Assembly (NCBI GenBank): GCA_965227775.1
Contig: OZ245777.1
Coordinates: 1,632,001-1,696,000 of the forward strand
DNA from: Phycisphaerales bacterium
GTDB lineage: Bacteria > Planctomycetota > Phycisphaerae > Phycisphaerales > UBA1924
DNA length: 64,000 nt
Direction: 5' to 3'
In this document: positions 10,248 through 19,135 of the stretch, one piece after another
Numbering within the stretch: the stretch's first letter is position 1
Layout of the letters: every line of letters starts with the position of its first letter
The notes under the pieces: model-generated
Told to the model about the DNA's origin: nothing
The model's database searches: none
Seen by the model: only the letters and a program-made list of their open reading frames with translations
Translations under genes and position numbers: made by a program

Positions 10248-11008
10248 CCAAGCGGATCATCCCGTGCCTCGACATCCGCGATGGGCGGATCGTCAAGGGC
10301 ACGAGCTTTGCCAACCTGCGCGACGCAGGTGACCCGGTAGAGCGTGCAGCGGCGTATGAAGCGCAAGGCGCCGACGAACTCGTCGTGCTTGATGTTTCGG
10401 CAACGCCCGACGGACGCGAGGCGGCGCTGCACACCGTCGAGGCTATCCGGCGGGCGATCTCGATCCCGTTGACCGTTGGCGGCGGCGTCCGCACGATCGC
10501 TCACGCCCGGGCATTGCTCGAGGCAGGAGCCGACAAGGTGGGCGTGAATTCGGCGGCCGTCGAGCGGCCCGAGTTGCTCACCGAGATCGCCCAGCGGATG
10601 GGCGCGCAGTGCGTCGTGCTGGCGATCGATGCGGCGCGCAGCCAAAGCTCGTGGGAGGTCGTGACGCGGTCGGGCACAAATCGGACGGGTATCGACGCGG
10701 TTGACTGGGCTCAGCGGGGTGTTGGCGCTGGTGCGGGTGAGATCCTGCTGACCAGTTTTGACGAGGATGGTCGCGGCAACGGCTACGACCTGGAGCTGAT
10801 CCGTGCGATCGCAAGCGCGGTCGACGTCTCGATCATCGCTTCGGGCGGCGCGTCGACGGCCGCGCACATGGTCGATGGGTTCGAAGCCGGGGCCGATGCG
10901 GTGCTCGCGGCGTCGATCTTCCACGATGGCGTGGCGAGCGTGGGGGAGCTCAAGGAGCAACTGAGAGCCGCGGGCGTGCCCGTACGGATGATGGAGGTGG
11001 CGTCATGA
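10241..11008 (+). CDS. hisF: Imidazole glycerol phosphate synthase cyclase subunit
   Basis: MLTKRIIPCLD, GADELV.LD, PLTVGGG, GAGEILLTS, IASGGA, LAASIFH. Confidence 0.96.
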   Translation: MLTKRIIPCLDIRDGRIVKGTSFANLRDAGDPVERAAAYEAQGADELVVLDVSATPDGREAALHTVEAIRRAISIPLTVGGGVRTIAHARALLEAGADKVGVNSAAVERPELLTEIAQRMGAQCVVLAIDAARSQSSWEVVTRSGTNRTGIDAVDWAQRGVGAGAGEILLTSFDEDGRGNGYDLELIRAIASAVDVSIIASGGASTAAHMVDGFEAGADAVLAASIFHDGVASVGELKEQLRAAGVPVRMMEVAS

Positions 11009-12288
11009 TGGTTCCGTCGGTGGATCTTCGCGGTGGAAACGCGGTGCAGCTCGTGGGTGGCAAGGAGCTGGCGGTCGATGCGGGCGATCCGGCGCCGATC
11101 GCCGAGCGGTTTGGCTTGGTCGGCGAGGTTGCGGTGATCGACCTCGATGCGGCGATGGGCACCGGATCGAATCGCGAGGTCGTGCTCGATCTGGTTCGGC
11201 GTGTGCCATGCCGCGTGGGTGGTGGCATCCGCGATGCGAGGACGGCGATCGAGTTGCTTGACGCGGGAGCACGCCGAGTCATCCTGGCAACGGCGGCAAC
11301 GCCGGACGTGCTGCAAGAGCTGCCGCGTGAGCGCGTGATCGCCGCGCTCGATGCGCGCGATGGAGAGGTCGTCGACCACGGGTGGACGCGGGCGACGGGC
11401 CGCAGGGTCGAGGATCGGATTGCCGAGCTGCGCGAGCACGTCGGCGGATTCCTCGTCACGTTTGTCGAGCAGGAGGGCGGGCTCAGTGGGTGGAGCGAGT
11501 CGCAGCTTGAGCGGATCGCGCAGCTCGCCGAGCTCGCTGGGCCGGCGCGGCTGACCGTCGCGGGTGGCGTGAAGACGCCGGCCGATGTCGCGGCGGTCGA
11601 CCGACTCGGCGCCGACGCACAGGTCGGCATGGCGCTCTACACCGGTGCGTTTGACCTAGCCGAGGGCTTCTGCGCACCGCTCACGAGCGATCGGCCCGAC
11701 CGGCTCTGGCCCACGATCGTCACCGATCCCGGTGGCCGTTCGCTCGGGCTGGTGTACTCGAACCTCGAGTCTGTGCGGGCGTCGATCGAGCAAGGACGAG
11801 GCGTCTACTTCTCACGCTCTCGAGGCCGATTGTGGGCCAAGGGCGAGACGTCTGGCAACGTGCAGGAACTGCTGGGCATTTCGACCGACTGCGACCGCGA
11901 CGCGCTGCGGTTCACCGTGCGTCAGCGCGGCGCGTTCTGCCACACGGGGACAACAACGTGCTTCGGCGAGTCGCGAGGGCTCGCGAGCCTCGACGCAACG
12001 CTGGCCGAGCGCCTCCAGTCGCCGCCGGCCGGTTCGTATACGGCCCGGCTGCTCGACGATCCCTCGCTACTGCGGGCCAAGTTGATGGAAGAGGCGGGCG
12101 AGCTAATCGACGCCGAGAGTGCGGAGGACGCGGCCCATGAGGCGGCGGACGTGGCGTACTTCGCGCTTGTCGCCGCCCGAGCCCGTGGTGCGACGCTTGA
12201 GAGTCTCGAGCGAGAGCTGGACCGCCGGAGCCTTCGCGTGACGCGACGATCGGGGAACGCCAAGGTCAACATCGGGAGTGACGCGTGA
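11005..12288 (+). CDS. hisAIE: Fused HisA-HisI-HisE (ProFAR isomerase-like / PR-AMP cyclohydrolase / PR-ATP pyrophosphatase)
   Basis: N-term PSVDL.GG.AV.L, IDLDAA, VGGGIRD; then YFSRSR..LW.KGETSG, DCD.DAL, FCH; then SYT.RL, KL.EEA.EL, EAADV.Y. Confidence 0.88.
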   Translation: MMVPSVDLRGGNAVQLVGGKELAVDAGDPAPIAERFGLVGEVAVIDLDAAMGTGSNREVVLDLVRRVPCRVGGGIRDARTAIELLDAGARRVILATAATPDVLQELPRERVIAALDARDGEVVDHGWTRATGRRVEDRIAELREHVGGFLVTFVEQEGGLSGWSESQLERIAQLAELAGPARLTVAGGVKTPADVAAVDRLGADAQVGMALYTGAFDLAEGFCAPLTSDRPDRLWPTIVTDPGGRSLGLVYSNLESVRASIEQGRGVYFSRSRGRLWAKGETSGNVQELLGISTDCDRDALRFTVRQRGAFCHTGTTTCFGESRGLASLDATLAERLQSPPAGSYTARLLDDPSLLRAKLMEEAGELIDAESAEDAAHEAADVAYFALVAARARGATLESLERELDRRSLRVTRRSGNAKVNIGSDA

Positions 12289-13574
12289 TGCTGCGACGGA
12301 TTGATCAGAACGAGGCAATGCGGCGTGGCCGACGGGGCGCGATCGACGCCGACGCGGTGGCCGACGCGGCCAGGATCGTCGCGGACGTGCGCGAGCGCGG
12401 CGAGGCGGCGGTGCGCGAGCAGGCCGAGCGGTTTGGCGAGCGCGCCGAGGGAGCGCCGCTGGTGCTCGACCGGGCCGCGATGGAGGCGGCGCTGCTGTCG
12501 CTCGACGCCGAGACGCGCGGCGTGCTCGAACGCACCGCGGGCAGGATCGAGGCGTTCGCCCGGGCGCAGCGAGATGCGATCACGGACCTGGACGTCGCGA
12601 TCGAAGGCGGACGGGCCGGCCACACGCTCGTGCCAATCCAAGCCGCGGGCTGCTACGCGCCGGCAGGGCTGCACCCGTTGCCGTCCTCGGCGCTCATGGG
12701 CGCGATTCCCGCGCGCGTCGCCGGGTGCGAGCGCGTCGTGATTGCCTCGCCCGGCGCGTCGCCTGTCATGCTCGCAGCGGCGGCGATCGCGGGTGCTGAC
12801 GAGTTCCTCGCGGTCGGTGGGGCGCACGCGATCGCATCGCTGGCGTACGGCTTCGATCGGTTCGAGCCCGTTGACATCATCGTCGGCCCGGGCAACGCCT
12901 GGGTGACGGCGGCGAAGCACCTCGTGTCGATGGATGTGGGGCTCGACATGCTGGCTGGCCCGAGCGAGCTGCTCGTCATCGCCGACGACTCGGCCGACCC
13001 GGCGATCGTCGCGGCCGACCTGCTGGCCCAGGCCGAGCACGATCCGAGGGCGGCGGCCATGCTCGCGACGACCAGCGCGAGCTTGGCGGACGCGGTCGAT
13101 GCCGAGCTCGCACGCCAGCTACCCGAGCTGGAAACACGGGACGTCGCACGACGAGGAATCGCGAACGGCTTCGCGTGCGTCGTCGACTCGATCGACGAGG
13201 TGCTGCGGGTGGCCGACGCGATCGCAGCCGAGCACGTGGAGGTGCTGACGCGCGACGCCGAGGCCGATGCGTCGCGCTTGAAGCACGGCGGCGGCGTCTT
13301 CATCGGTCCCCAGAGCGCCGAGGTCTTCGGCGACTATGGCGCGGGCCCGAACCACACGCTGCCGACCGGCGGCGGGGCCCGCTGGACGGCCGGTCTGAGC
13401 GTGCTCGATTTCCTCCGCGCCCGCACGTGGCTGCGGATGGATGCGGGCGAGTCTGCCGAGCGTGTGCGCGCGGACGCGGCAGTGCTGGCGAGGATCGAAG
13501 GGCTCGATGCGCACCGGCGGTCTGCGGAGATGCGGACGACGAAGACGGCGGCGTTGGTGACCAGGAGTCGCTAG
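12285..13574 (+). CDS. hisD: Histidinol dehydrogenase
   Basis: GCYAPAG..PLPSS.LM, GGAHAIA.LAYG, VGPGNAWV, DMLAGPSE, DLLAQAEH, GDYGAGPNHTLPT. Confidence 0.95.
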   Translation: MMLRRIDQNEAMRRGRRGAIDADAVADAARIVADVRERGEAAVREQAERFGERAEGAPLVLDRAAMEAALLSLDAETRGVLERTAGRIEAFARAQRDAITDLDVAIEGGRAGHTLVPIQAAGCYAPAGLHPLPSSALMGAIPARVAGCERVVIASPGASPVMLAAAAIAGADEFLAVGGAHAIASLAYGFDRFEPVDIIVGPGNAWVTAAKHLVSMDVGLDMLAGPSELLVIADDSADPAIVAADLLAQAEHDPRAAAMLATTSASLADAVDAELARQLPELETRDVARRGIANGFACVVDSIDEVLRVADAIAAEHVEVLTRDAEADASRLKHGGGVFIGPQSAEVFGDYGAGPNHTLPTGGGARWTAGLSVLDFLRARTWLRMDAGESAERVRADAAVLARIEGLDAHRRSAEMRTTKTAALVTRSR

Positions 13575-14347
13575 TGCTTCCGCGGCGTGGGCTTGCGCAG
13601 CAGCTTCGCGACCACTGTGCCCGTCAGCGCGTCGTCGATGCGCTGCGGTTCGATGACGCTCGTTAGAGTTGGCATCGCCTCTCGTAGTTCGGCATCAAGC
13701 GCGTCCGGGTCCTCGCCAGTAGCCATGAGCATCCAGCCGCGATCGGTGCGGTAGCGGTTTACGGATCGCGCCGCGGTGACCATGTGGATGTGCAGAATCG
13801 CACGCGTGAGTGGGCCGTGCTCAAAGTCGATCTGGTCCGGCGGCGTGCGTGTGCCGTGCAGTACGGCAACCGAGGCGAAGCATGGAGAGTACAGGATGGA
13901 GCCCAGTGGGCGCATCCGGCAAACGTAGAAACGCAGGCCGTCGACGTCGCCACTCCAGCGGGCGAATTCGGCATCCTGCCAGCGCAGTCCCACGCTGCCG
14001 CTGCGAAGGTCAACTATGAGGCGCCGTTCATTGGGCAATCGAGCCATAAGGAAGAAGTAACCGGCCAGTCCGAGCAACACTGCGGCGGACGCGGCAAGTG
14101 TCACGTTCGCTGATGGTGTGGCCGGCTGCATCGCGAACAGCAGGAACACGCATGGCGCCCCGAGCAAGAGGAACATGGCCATCATCCACAGCATCGCCCG
14201 ATTGCTCATGCCGGCGTGCCGCTCAGCCGAGTCGTACACCGTCACGACGTCGCCCTCGTGCTCGACGTCAAGGGGCGCGTGCAGGAAGCGCAGGGTCAGG
14301 AATCGGTCGTCCAGGGCACGTGGGATGGGCCGGTCCTCGGGCATCAT
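13571..14347 (-). CDS. Hypothetical membrane protein (2 predicted TM segments)
   Basis: 258-aa ORF with two hydrophobic stretches; convergent with hisD; -10-like TACCAT just upstream. Confidence 0.6.
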   Translation of the reverse strand: MMPEDRPIPRALDDRFLTLRFLHAPLDVEHEGDVVTVYDSAERHAGMSNRAMLWMMAMFLLLGAPCVFLLFAMQPATPSANVTLAASAAVLLGLAGYFFLMARLPNERRLIVDLRSGSVGLRWQDAEFARWSGDVDGLRFYVCRMRPLGSILYSPCFASVAVLHGTRTPPDQIDFEHGPLTRAILHIHMVTAARSVNRYRTDRGWMLMATGEDPDALDAELREAMPTLTSVIEPQRIDDALTGTVVAKLLRKPTPRKH

Positions 14348-14422
14348 GCGATGGTATCAGGCGGCCTTCGGGGAACGATCGCCCGGGCCCGCAGGCTCTC
14401 GCTCATCGCGCGGGTGGACCGG

Positions 14423-15097
14423 CTACGCCGCCTTCGGTCGACTCGATCCGCACGCGTTCGCATCGCACCCGAAGATCACGCCCATCGCCCCACTCCACGG
14501 GCTCGTGCGTCCGGTCGTGCGGCGGGCCCGCACGCGGTAGGAGACCTGCCGCACGCCCGCGGGCACGCGGCGATCGCGCCAGCGGCGGTGGCCGGTGCTC
14601 GCGACGAACTCCCAGTCGCCCGGGCCGCCGTCGAGCGGCGTGATCTGCCGCTCGATCTCGTAGAAGACGCGCTCGCCGCGGGGCGTGTAGCGCAGCTCGA
14701 TCGGGCCGTAGTGCAGCGGCGTCACGCCCATGATCCGCGGTGCGATCGGCTTGGGCCGGCGGCCGGGCGTTTCGGGCGCGGGGAGTTGCGCGGTGGTGTA
14801 GACGGCGGGGTCCTTTGTTGCCTTGGCGAAGGCGTCGATGGTGGCCGTGCTCGCGCCGAAGTTCTGGCGCAGATCGGCGATCGCCAGCCGCTTGCGCAGC
14901 AGCGCCGCCTCGTACGCCTCGCGGGCCCGCTCGGCCTCCACGAACGCCGCGCGGGCCGACTCGGACTTCTCGATGAACGCGCCGACGCTCGTCTCACTCA
15001 ATCCGATGCGCGTCGGATCGATCGCGTCCCAGTGCGCACCCAGCGCCCGGCACTGCGCGAGGAACTCGGCCTCGCCCTTCTTCGCCCGCCTGGCCAT
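14423..15097 (-). CDS. Hypothetical protein, helical N-terminus plus fibronectin-III-like C-terminus
   Basis: GGAG SD; coiled N-half; C-half pattern FYEIER..WEFV...W.D......SYRVRA......SPWS typical of FN3-like folds. Confidence 0.65.
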   Translation of the reverse strand: MARRAKKGEAEFLAQCRALGAHWDAIDPTRIGLSETSVGAFIEKSESARAAFVEAERAREAYEAALLRKRLAIADLRQNFGASTATIDAFAKATKDPAVYTTAQLPAPETPGRRPKPIAPRIMGVTPLHYGPIELRYTPRGERVFYEIERQITPLDGGPGDWEFVASTGHRRWRDRRVPAGVRQVSYRVRARRTTGRTSPWSGAMGVIFGCDANACGSSRPKAA

Positions 15098-15343
15098 GCC
15101 ATCACTCCCCGCGCCTCGCGCACGCCACCCGCCGCGCGATCACCAATGTCTGCGGCGCCGCCCGACGCGGGCGGCCCAATGGAACGTCGGCCCGATGCGT
15201 CCGCGACTTGAGCCCACGCGTCCGGCGAGCACGAGCACGCCGCGCCGCGGGCTGCGGACGCGTGCGGGCCGGGGCACAACGCGTTCCGGGCCCGCCGGAA
15301 CGCTGTCCCGGCACGCGGGGCAGCGTTTGTGGGGGAGGAGGAC

Positions 15344-15427
15344 GCGTGGGGAGGGGCTCTGCAGGCGTGGGAAGGGGGTTTGGGGGTCCTCAGAGAGGGT
15401 TTAGGGGTGCGGGGAGGGGGTTTGCGT
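15344..15427. repeat. Degenerate G-rich 21-bp tandem repeat (4 units)
   Basis: GGGTTT recurs at 15376, 15397, 15418 (period 21); units GCGTGGGGAGGGGCTCTGCAG / GCGTGGGAAGGGGGTTTGGGG / GTCCTCAGAGAGGGTTTAGGG / GTGCGGGGAGGGGGTTTGCGT. Confidence 0.55.
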
Positions 15428-15557
15428 CGGCCGATCGGGGCTCGGGCTAGGTTCGATGGATCGTCCGAAGCGAGTGGCAAGTGTGTCACCACAGGGGTTG
15501 GGCGTGGCGGCGGCCGGGGCGGCGGTCGCGCTTGAACGATTCGCATAGTGTTCGGTC

Positions 15558-18500
15558 ATGGATGACCATGACGGCCAAGGTAGCGAGCCCGCGGCAGACC
15601 AGCCCGAGCCCCTGACGCCGCCGCCAAAGCGGGCCGCGCTCACCGTGTTCGTTCGCTGGCGACCACTGCGTTGGCTCGACAAGCCGCTATCGAAGTTGCT
15701 GGGCATCGAGCCGCGGTTGCTTTCCTCGCGTGTGAAGCTTGAGCCGGTGCGGTTCGAGGGCAGGTTGGGCGAGCGATGGCAGTTCTGGTTGTGGCAGGTC
15801 CAGTCCTGGCGGGGCAGCCTCACGCTGTCCCTCGCGGTGTTCGATTTCATCCTGCTGATTTCGATCTTGCTTGCATGGCTTGGTCTCACGCCGTCCTGGC
15901 GCCCGACCGACCCCGTCGCCATCGCGGCCGGACCTGGCGCGGCCGCCGCCTACTCGGGCCTGCTGTTCGGCTTCTTGCTTACGGTTGCGCTCTTTGCCGT
16001 GCAGGTACGCGCGAGTCGTCAGGACCCGTCCGTGCTGCCGCTCGCACCGATGATCTCCAAGAAGCACCGCACCTTCATCGTGCTGGCGTTGACCGCTGGC
16101 GTGGCCATGGCGAACCTGTTCTTCGTTTTTGCAGGCCCGGTCTTTGCCCTTGAGCCAGCCATCCTTTCCGCGCTCGGCATCCTGAATGGACCGCTCCTCG
16201 CATTTCTGACGCTCATGGCCATCTGGTACATGTCACGAGTGCTATCCGACGCTGGCGCTGCTGACCTAGATATGGCTATGCCCGCGATTGACATGGCGAT
16301 GCGCGAGCAGCTCGCAGTCGATACATACCTTGAAACACTCCACGAGGCTTACGATGCAGCGAGAGACGGCTGCGGAATCACATATGACCCATACATGGGC
16401 ATGGGTCTATCAAGCCCCGCCGACAAGGCAGAGGCGATCGCGATAGCGCGATCGGGTGTGGCCGGCGACGTCGACTGCATACGGCTGCACATGCTCGGCT
16501 GCATCTCACGCCAACTAGGGGCCAGGCTATTCGTAAGCCTTCGCGTTGGCGACTCTATGAAGAAGACCGCGGGCTTTCAGCTCCAAGTGAATAGTGGAAG
16601 GACAGAGAGCGAAGGCGCCGGAATCAAGCGGATACGTTCGCTCGCGCCATCGGTGTTCATTGTGTCACGGACCGACCGGAGATTGCCAGCGGGTCATGTA
16701 CGACAATTTCTCAAGCGACTCGATGCAGTGCTCAGACAATTGGCACGTGACGGGCGTCACATAGAACTCGAAGAACGACTCAATGATCTCAGGGCGCTCC
16801 GTGACACGTGGCTACCGATGCTCCCGGCTAATGTGCAGCCACCAGCCCCCTGGTGGATGCGTGCCGACCAGAGCTTTGCAGGTTCCTTGGAGATTGAGCC
16901 ACGAGCATTGGCAGAATCGGCCGCGCAGTCAGGCGACGCATTGACACTCGAAGAGACGCTTGGATACCTGGCTCAGTCAGCCATCGCTTGCGAGCATTAT
17001 CACCAGATACCACTTATGTCGCAGCACCTCGATGCCTTGGTTTCTCTTTGCTACAAAGCCCTACGTGTTGAAGCGTTGTGCGTGACTGCCGGAAGCAGAC
17101 TTGATTCCCTACTTCATTCTCTACTCTTGTCGGGCCGCCCTGATCTCCAAAGGAGAGACGCGGTCCCGAGCGAGATTCAAGCCGAGGCGCATTGGGCTAG
17201 CTTGAGATTCGCTCTCAGTCTCGTCAAAGCCGCTATTCGATGTGACAACGCTGAGTACGCGAGAAAGTTCGCCGATCGCATTTTCGACTTTCACGAGGTG
17301 TTTGGCACGCCAACTCGAGATCACGACTATGAGGGAACTGTCGACAATGACTTCTACAGCCGATCGGACTATGCGGGTATCGTGCTGCTTGGCTGGTCGA
17401 TCGAGGTCTTGGGTCATGAACCGGCCAGTATCAACAAAGCAGCACCAGAAGTCAAGGAGTACCTCGTTGGACAACTGCCGTCGTTACCTCGACTCATAGC
17501 GCTCTGGGAGCTCTATCGAGGCGACTCTGCCCGACGCGCGCCCGCTGACGGCCTGCTTGGTGTGACTGAATGGGACGTTCGTGATTGGAGCGAGGAGTGG
17601 CGTTCTGGCAGGCCCGTCACACGCAATGGCCCGACCGACGTACCAAGGCTGGGAATGCGCGCCGCCTTGTTGCTCACGAATCGCGAGCACAGCGGCAGGG
17701 CGGAGAACTTCTTTGCGGGTCCACCAACACGACACATGTGGGCAACGTCGCAGAGTCATGAAGCGAAGCTTGTGAAGCTCGTTGCCGACCCACGCCTGAG
17801 TCTTGACAAGGGCGAACGAGCAGATCGCCTCCAAAGGGCGATTGCCATGGTGCGCGATCGGCGGCGTGCTGGCGATGTGGCCTACATGCGGTATGTGTTG
17901 CATGAGCCCATCTCGGAGACTCGATGGGCCAAGTACAGAGAGGACGCCAAGAGGGGTTATACGGATAAACAGTCGTGTGTCGAAGCGCTCCGGTCGGTTG
18001 GCGTAGGGGCGGGCAAGATCCCAACTAGCGGTCTTGCGACGGGTATTGAGCTTAACACGCCGCGCGAGTACTTGCTCGACGACAGCAACTCGGCGTCGGG
18101 CCTTGGTGCACACTTAGGCGAATCCGTAGCTTCGCGAGAAGCAGTCGGACTGTTTGCCACAATCGAGGACGCTGCACAACCGGTTGGAGCCTGCCAGACC
18201 CTCGCGTCCCTTTCTGAAAACGTCCGCCTCGCCCGGAAAGCCTTGCAAGACCAAGGCTACAACGTTAATGTGCTTGTGCTCCCGAATGAAAATCGCGTTA
18301 CCGATGCACTCTTTCAGGTGCCCGCGTGGCAGATACCCGATCGAAGAGGATTCGGCGGCGCGAGCCTGGGTCAATGGGAGGGCTTGTTGGTGCTCAAGTT
18401 CCCATACACGAACGCGAACCATGCAATGTTACTAGATACTACGAAATTGCTTACGACGGCGCACATCGCAGGCGGTAGTCAGCCTGTCATCGAGATCGTG

Positions 18501-18890
18501 GCGGAGCGCAACGACGCAAGCTTGAATGAAGGGTACCTCTCCGCGGAGGAGGCTATCGATTCGGGGGATGAACTGCCCGACACTCATACCATTCGCGTTC
18601 GTACACGCATGATCGCCCCGCCCCCCCTCGCCATCGCCGACATCAACGCCGCCCTGGCCATCGACCTGCGGCAAGCCGCCGGCTACGTGCTCGACGAGAA
18701 GGCGAACACGTACCACCGGCCCGGATGCGAATCCATCGGGCAGGGCGAGCACGAACGCTACCTGCACTTGCCCAACGACCAACGGCTCAGCGCGTGCGAG
18801 AAGTGCAAGCCAAACGAGTGGGACTACGAGGCCGAGCGTCGGCGCAGGAAGCTGAGCGAGCCGGAGGACCCTGGCGCAGGGACCGAATGA
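15558..18890 (+). CDS. Large membrane protein: DUF2254-like TM N-terminus, helical middle, putative HK97-fold-like domain, C-terminal YH..C...CxxC metal-binding motif
   Basis: 1110-aa ORF, ~4 TM helices at N-terminus; domain calls by motif recognition only. Confidence 0.75.
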   Translation: MDDHDGQGSEPAADQPEPLTPPPKRAALTVFVRWRPLRWLDKPLSKLLGIEPRLLSSRVKLEPVRFEGRLGERWQFWLWQVQSWRGSLTLSLAVFDFILLISILLAWLGLTPSWRPTDPVAIAAGPGAAAAYSGLLFGFLLTVALFAVQVRASRQDPSVLPLAPMISKKHRTFIVLALTAGVAMANLFFVFAGPVFALEPAILSALGILNGPLLAFLTLMAIWYMSRVLSDAGAADLDMAMPAIDMAMREQLAVDTYLETLHEAYDAARDGCGITYDPYMGMGLSSPADKAEAIAIARSGVAGDVDCIRLHMLGCISRQLGARLFVSLRVGDSMKKTAGFQLQVNSGRTESEGAGIKRIRSLAPSVFIVSRTDRRLPAGHVRQFLKRLDAVLRQLARDGRHIELEERLNDLRALRDTWLPMLPANVQPPAPWWMRADQSFAGSLEIEPRALAESAAQSGDALTLEETLGYLAQSAIACEHYHQIPLMSQHLDALVSLCYKALRVEALCVTAGSRLDSLLHSLLLSGRPDLQRRDAVPSEIQAEAHWASLRFALSLVKAAIRCDNAEYARKFADRIFDFHEVFGTPTRDHDYEGTVDNDFYSRSDYAGIVLLGWSIEVLGHEPASINKAAPEVKEYLVGQLPSLPRLIALWELYRGDSARRAPADGLLGVTEWDVRDWSEEWRSGRPVTRNGPTDVPRLGMRAALLLTNREHSGRAENFFAGPPTRHMWATSQSHEAKLVKLVADPRLSLDKGERADRLQRAIAMVRDRRRAGDVAYMRYVLHEPISETRWAKYREDAKRGYTDKQSCVEALRSVGVGAGKIPTSGLATGIELNTPREYLLDDSNSASGLGAHLGESVASREAVGLFATIEDAAQPVGACQTLASLSENVRLARKALQDQGYNVNVLVLPNENRVTDALFQVPAWQIPDRRGFGGASLGQWEGLLVLKFPYTNANHAMLLDTTKLLTTAHIAGGSQPVIEIVAERNDASLNEGYLSAEEAIDSGDELPDTHTIRVRTRMIAPPPLAIADINAALAIDLRQAAGYVLDEKANTYHRPGCESIGQGEHERYLHLPNDQRLSACEKCKPNEWDYEAERRRRKLSEPEDPGAGTE

Positions 18891-19135
18891 TCCTCCACGA
18901 GCTACAGCAAGGGAGGCTCGCCATGACCCACGCCCGAACGCTCCATGCCTTCCTCGCCACCGCCAGCGGCCCCATCTGCGACGACTGGCTCGCGTCCCAC
19001 ACCGTCACGCCGCTGGAAGCCGGCGGCTGAGCAGCTTCCTGGAAGCGGTTGGCGAAACTCCGCGGTCCTGTTCCGGATAGAAGCTCGGGTACCTGTCGTC
19101 AGACTTCTGTTGACCCGCTCCGGAGAAACATCGCC

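Noticed and set aside
15344..15427. Possible CRISPR array
   Set aside because: Units are degenerate and contiguous with no unique spacers, and no cas genes are present
15558..18890. Prophage interpretation of the capsid-like domain
   Set aside because: No terminase, portal, protease, tail or integrase genes nearby, and the domain is fused to a membrane protein
18887..19030. Small ORF overlapping the stop of the 1110-aa gene (possible partner peptide, GGAGG before ATG 18923)
   Set aside because: Only 35-47 codons with no recognisable motif; cannot be supported from sequence alone
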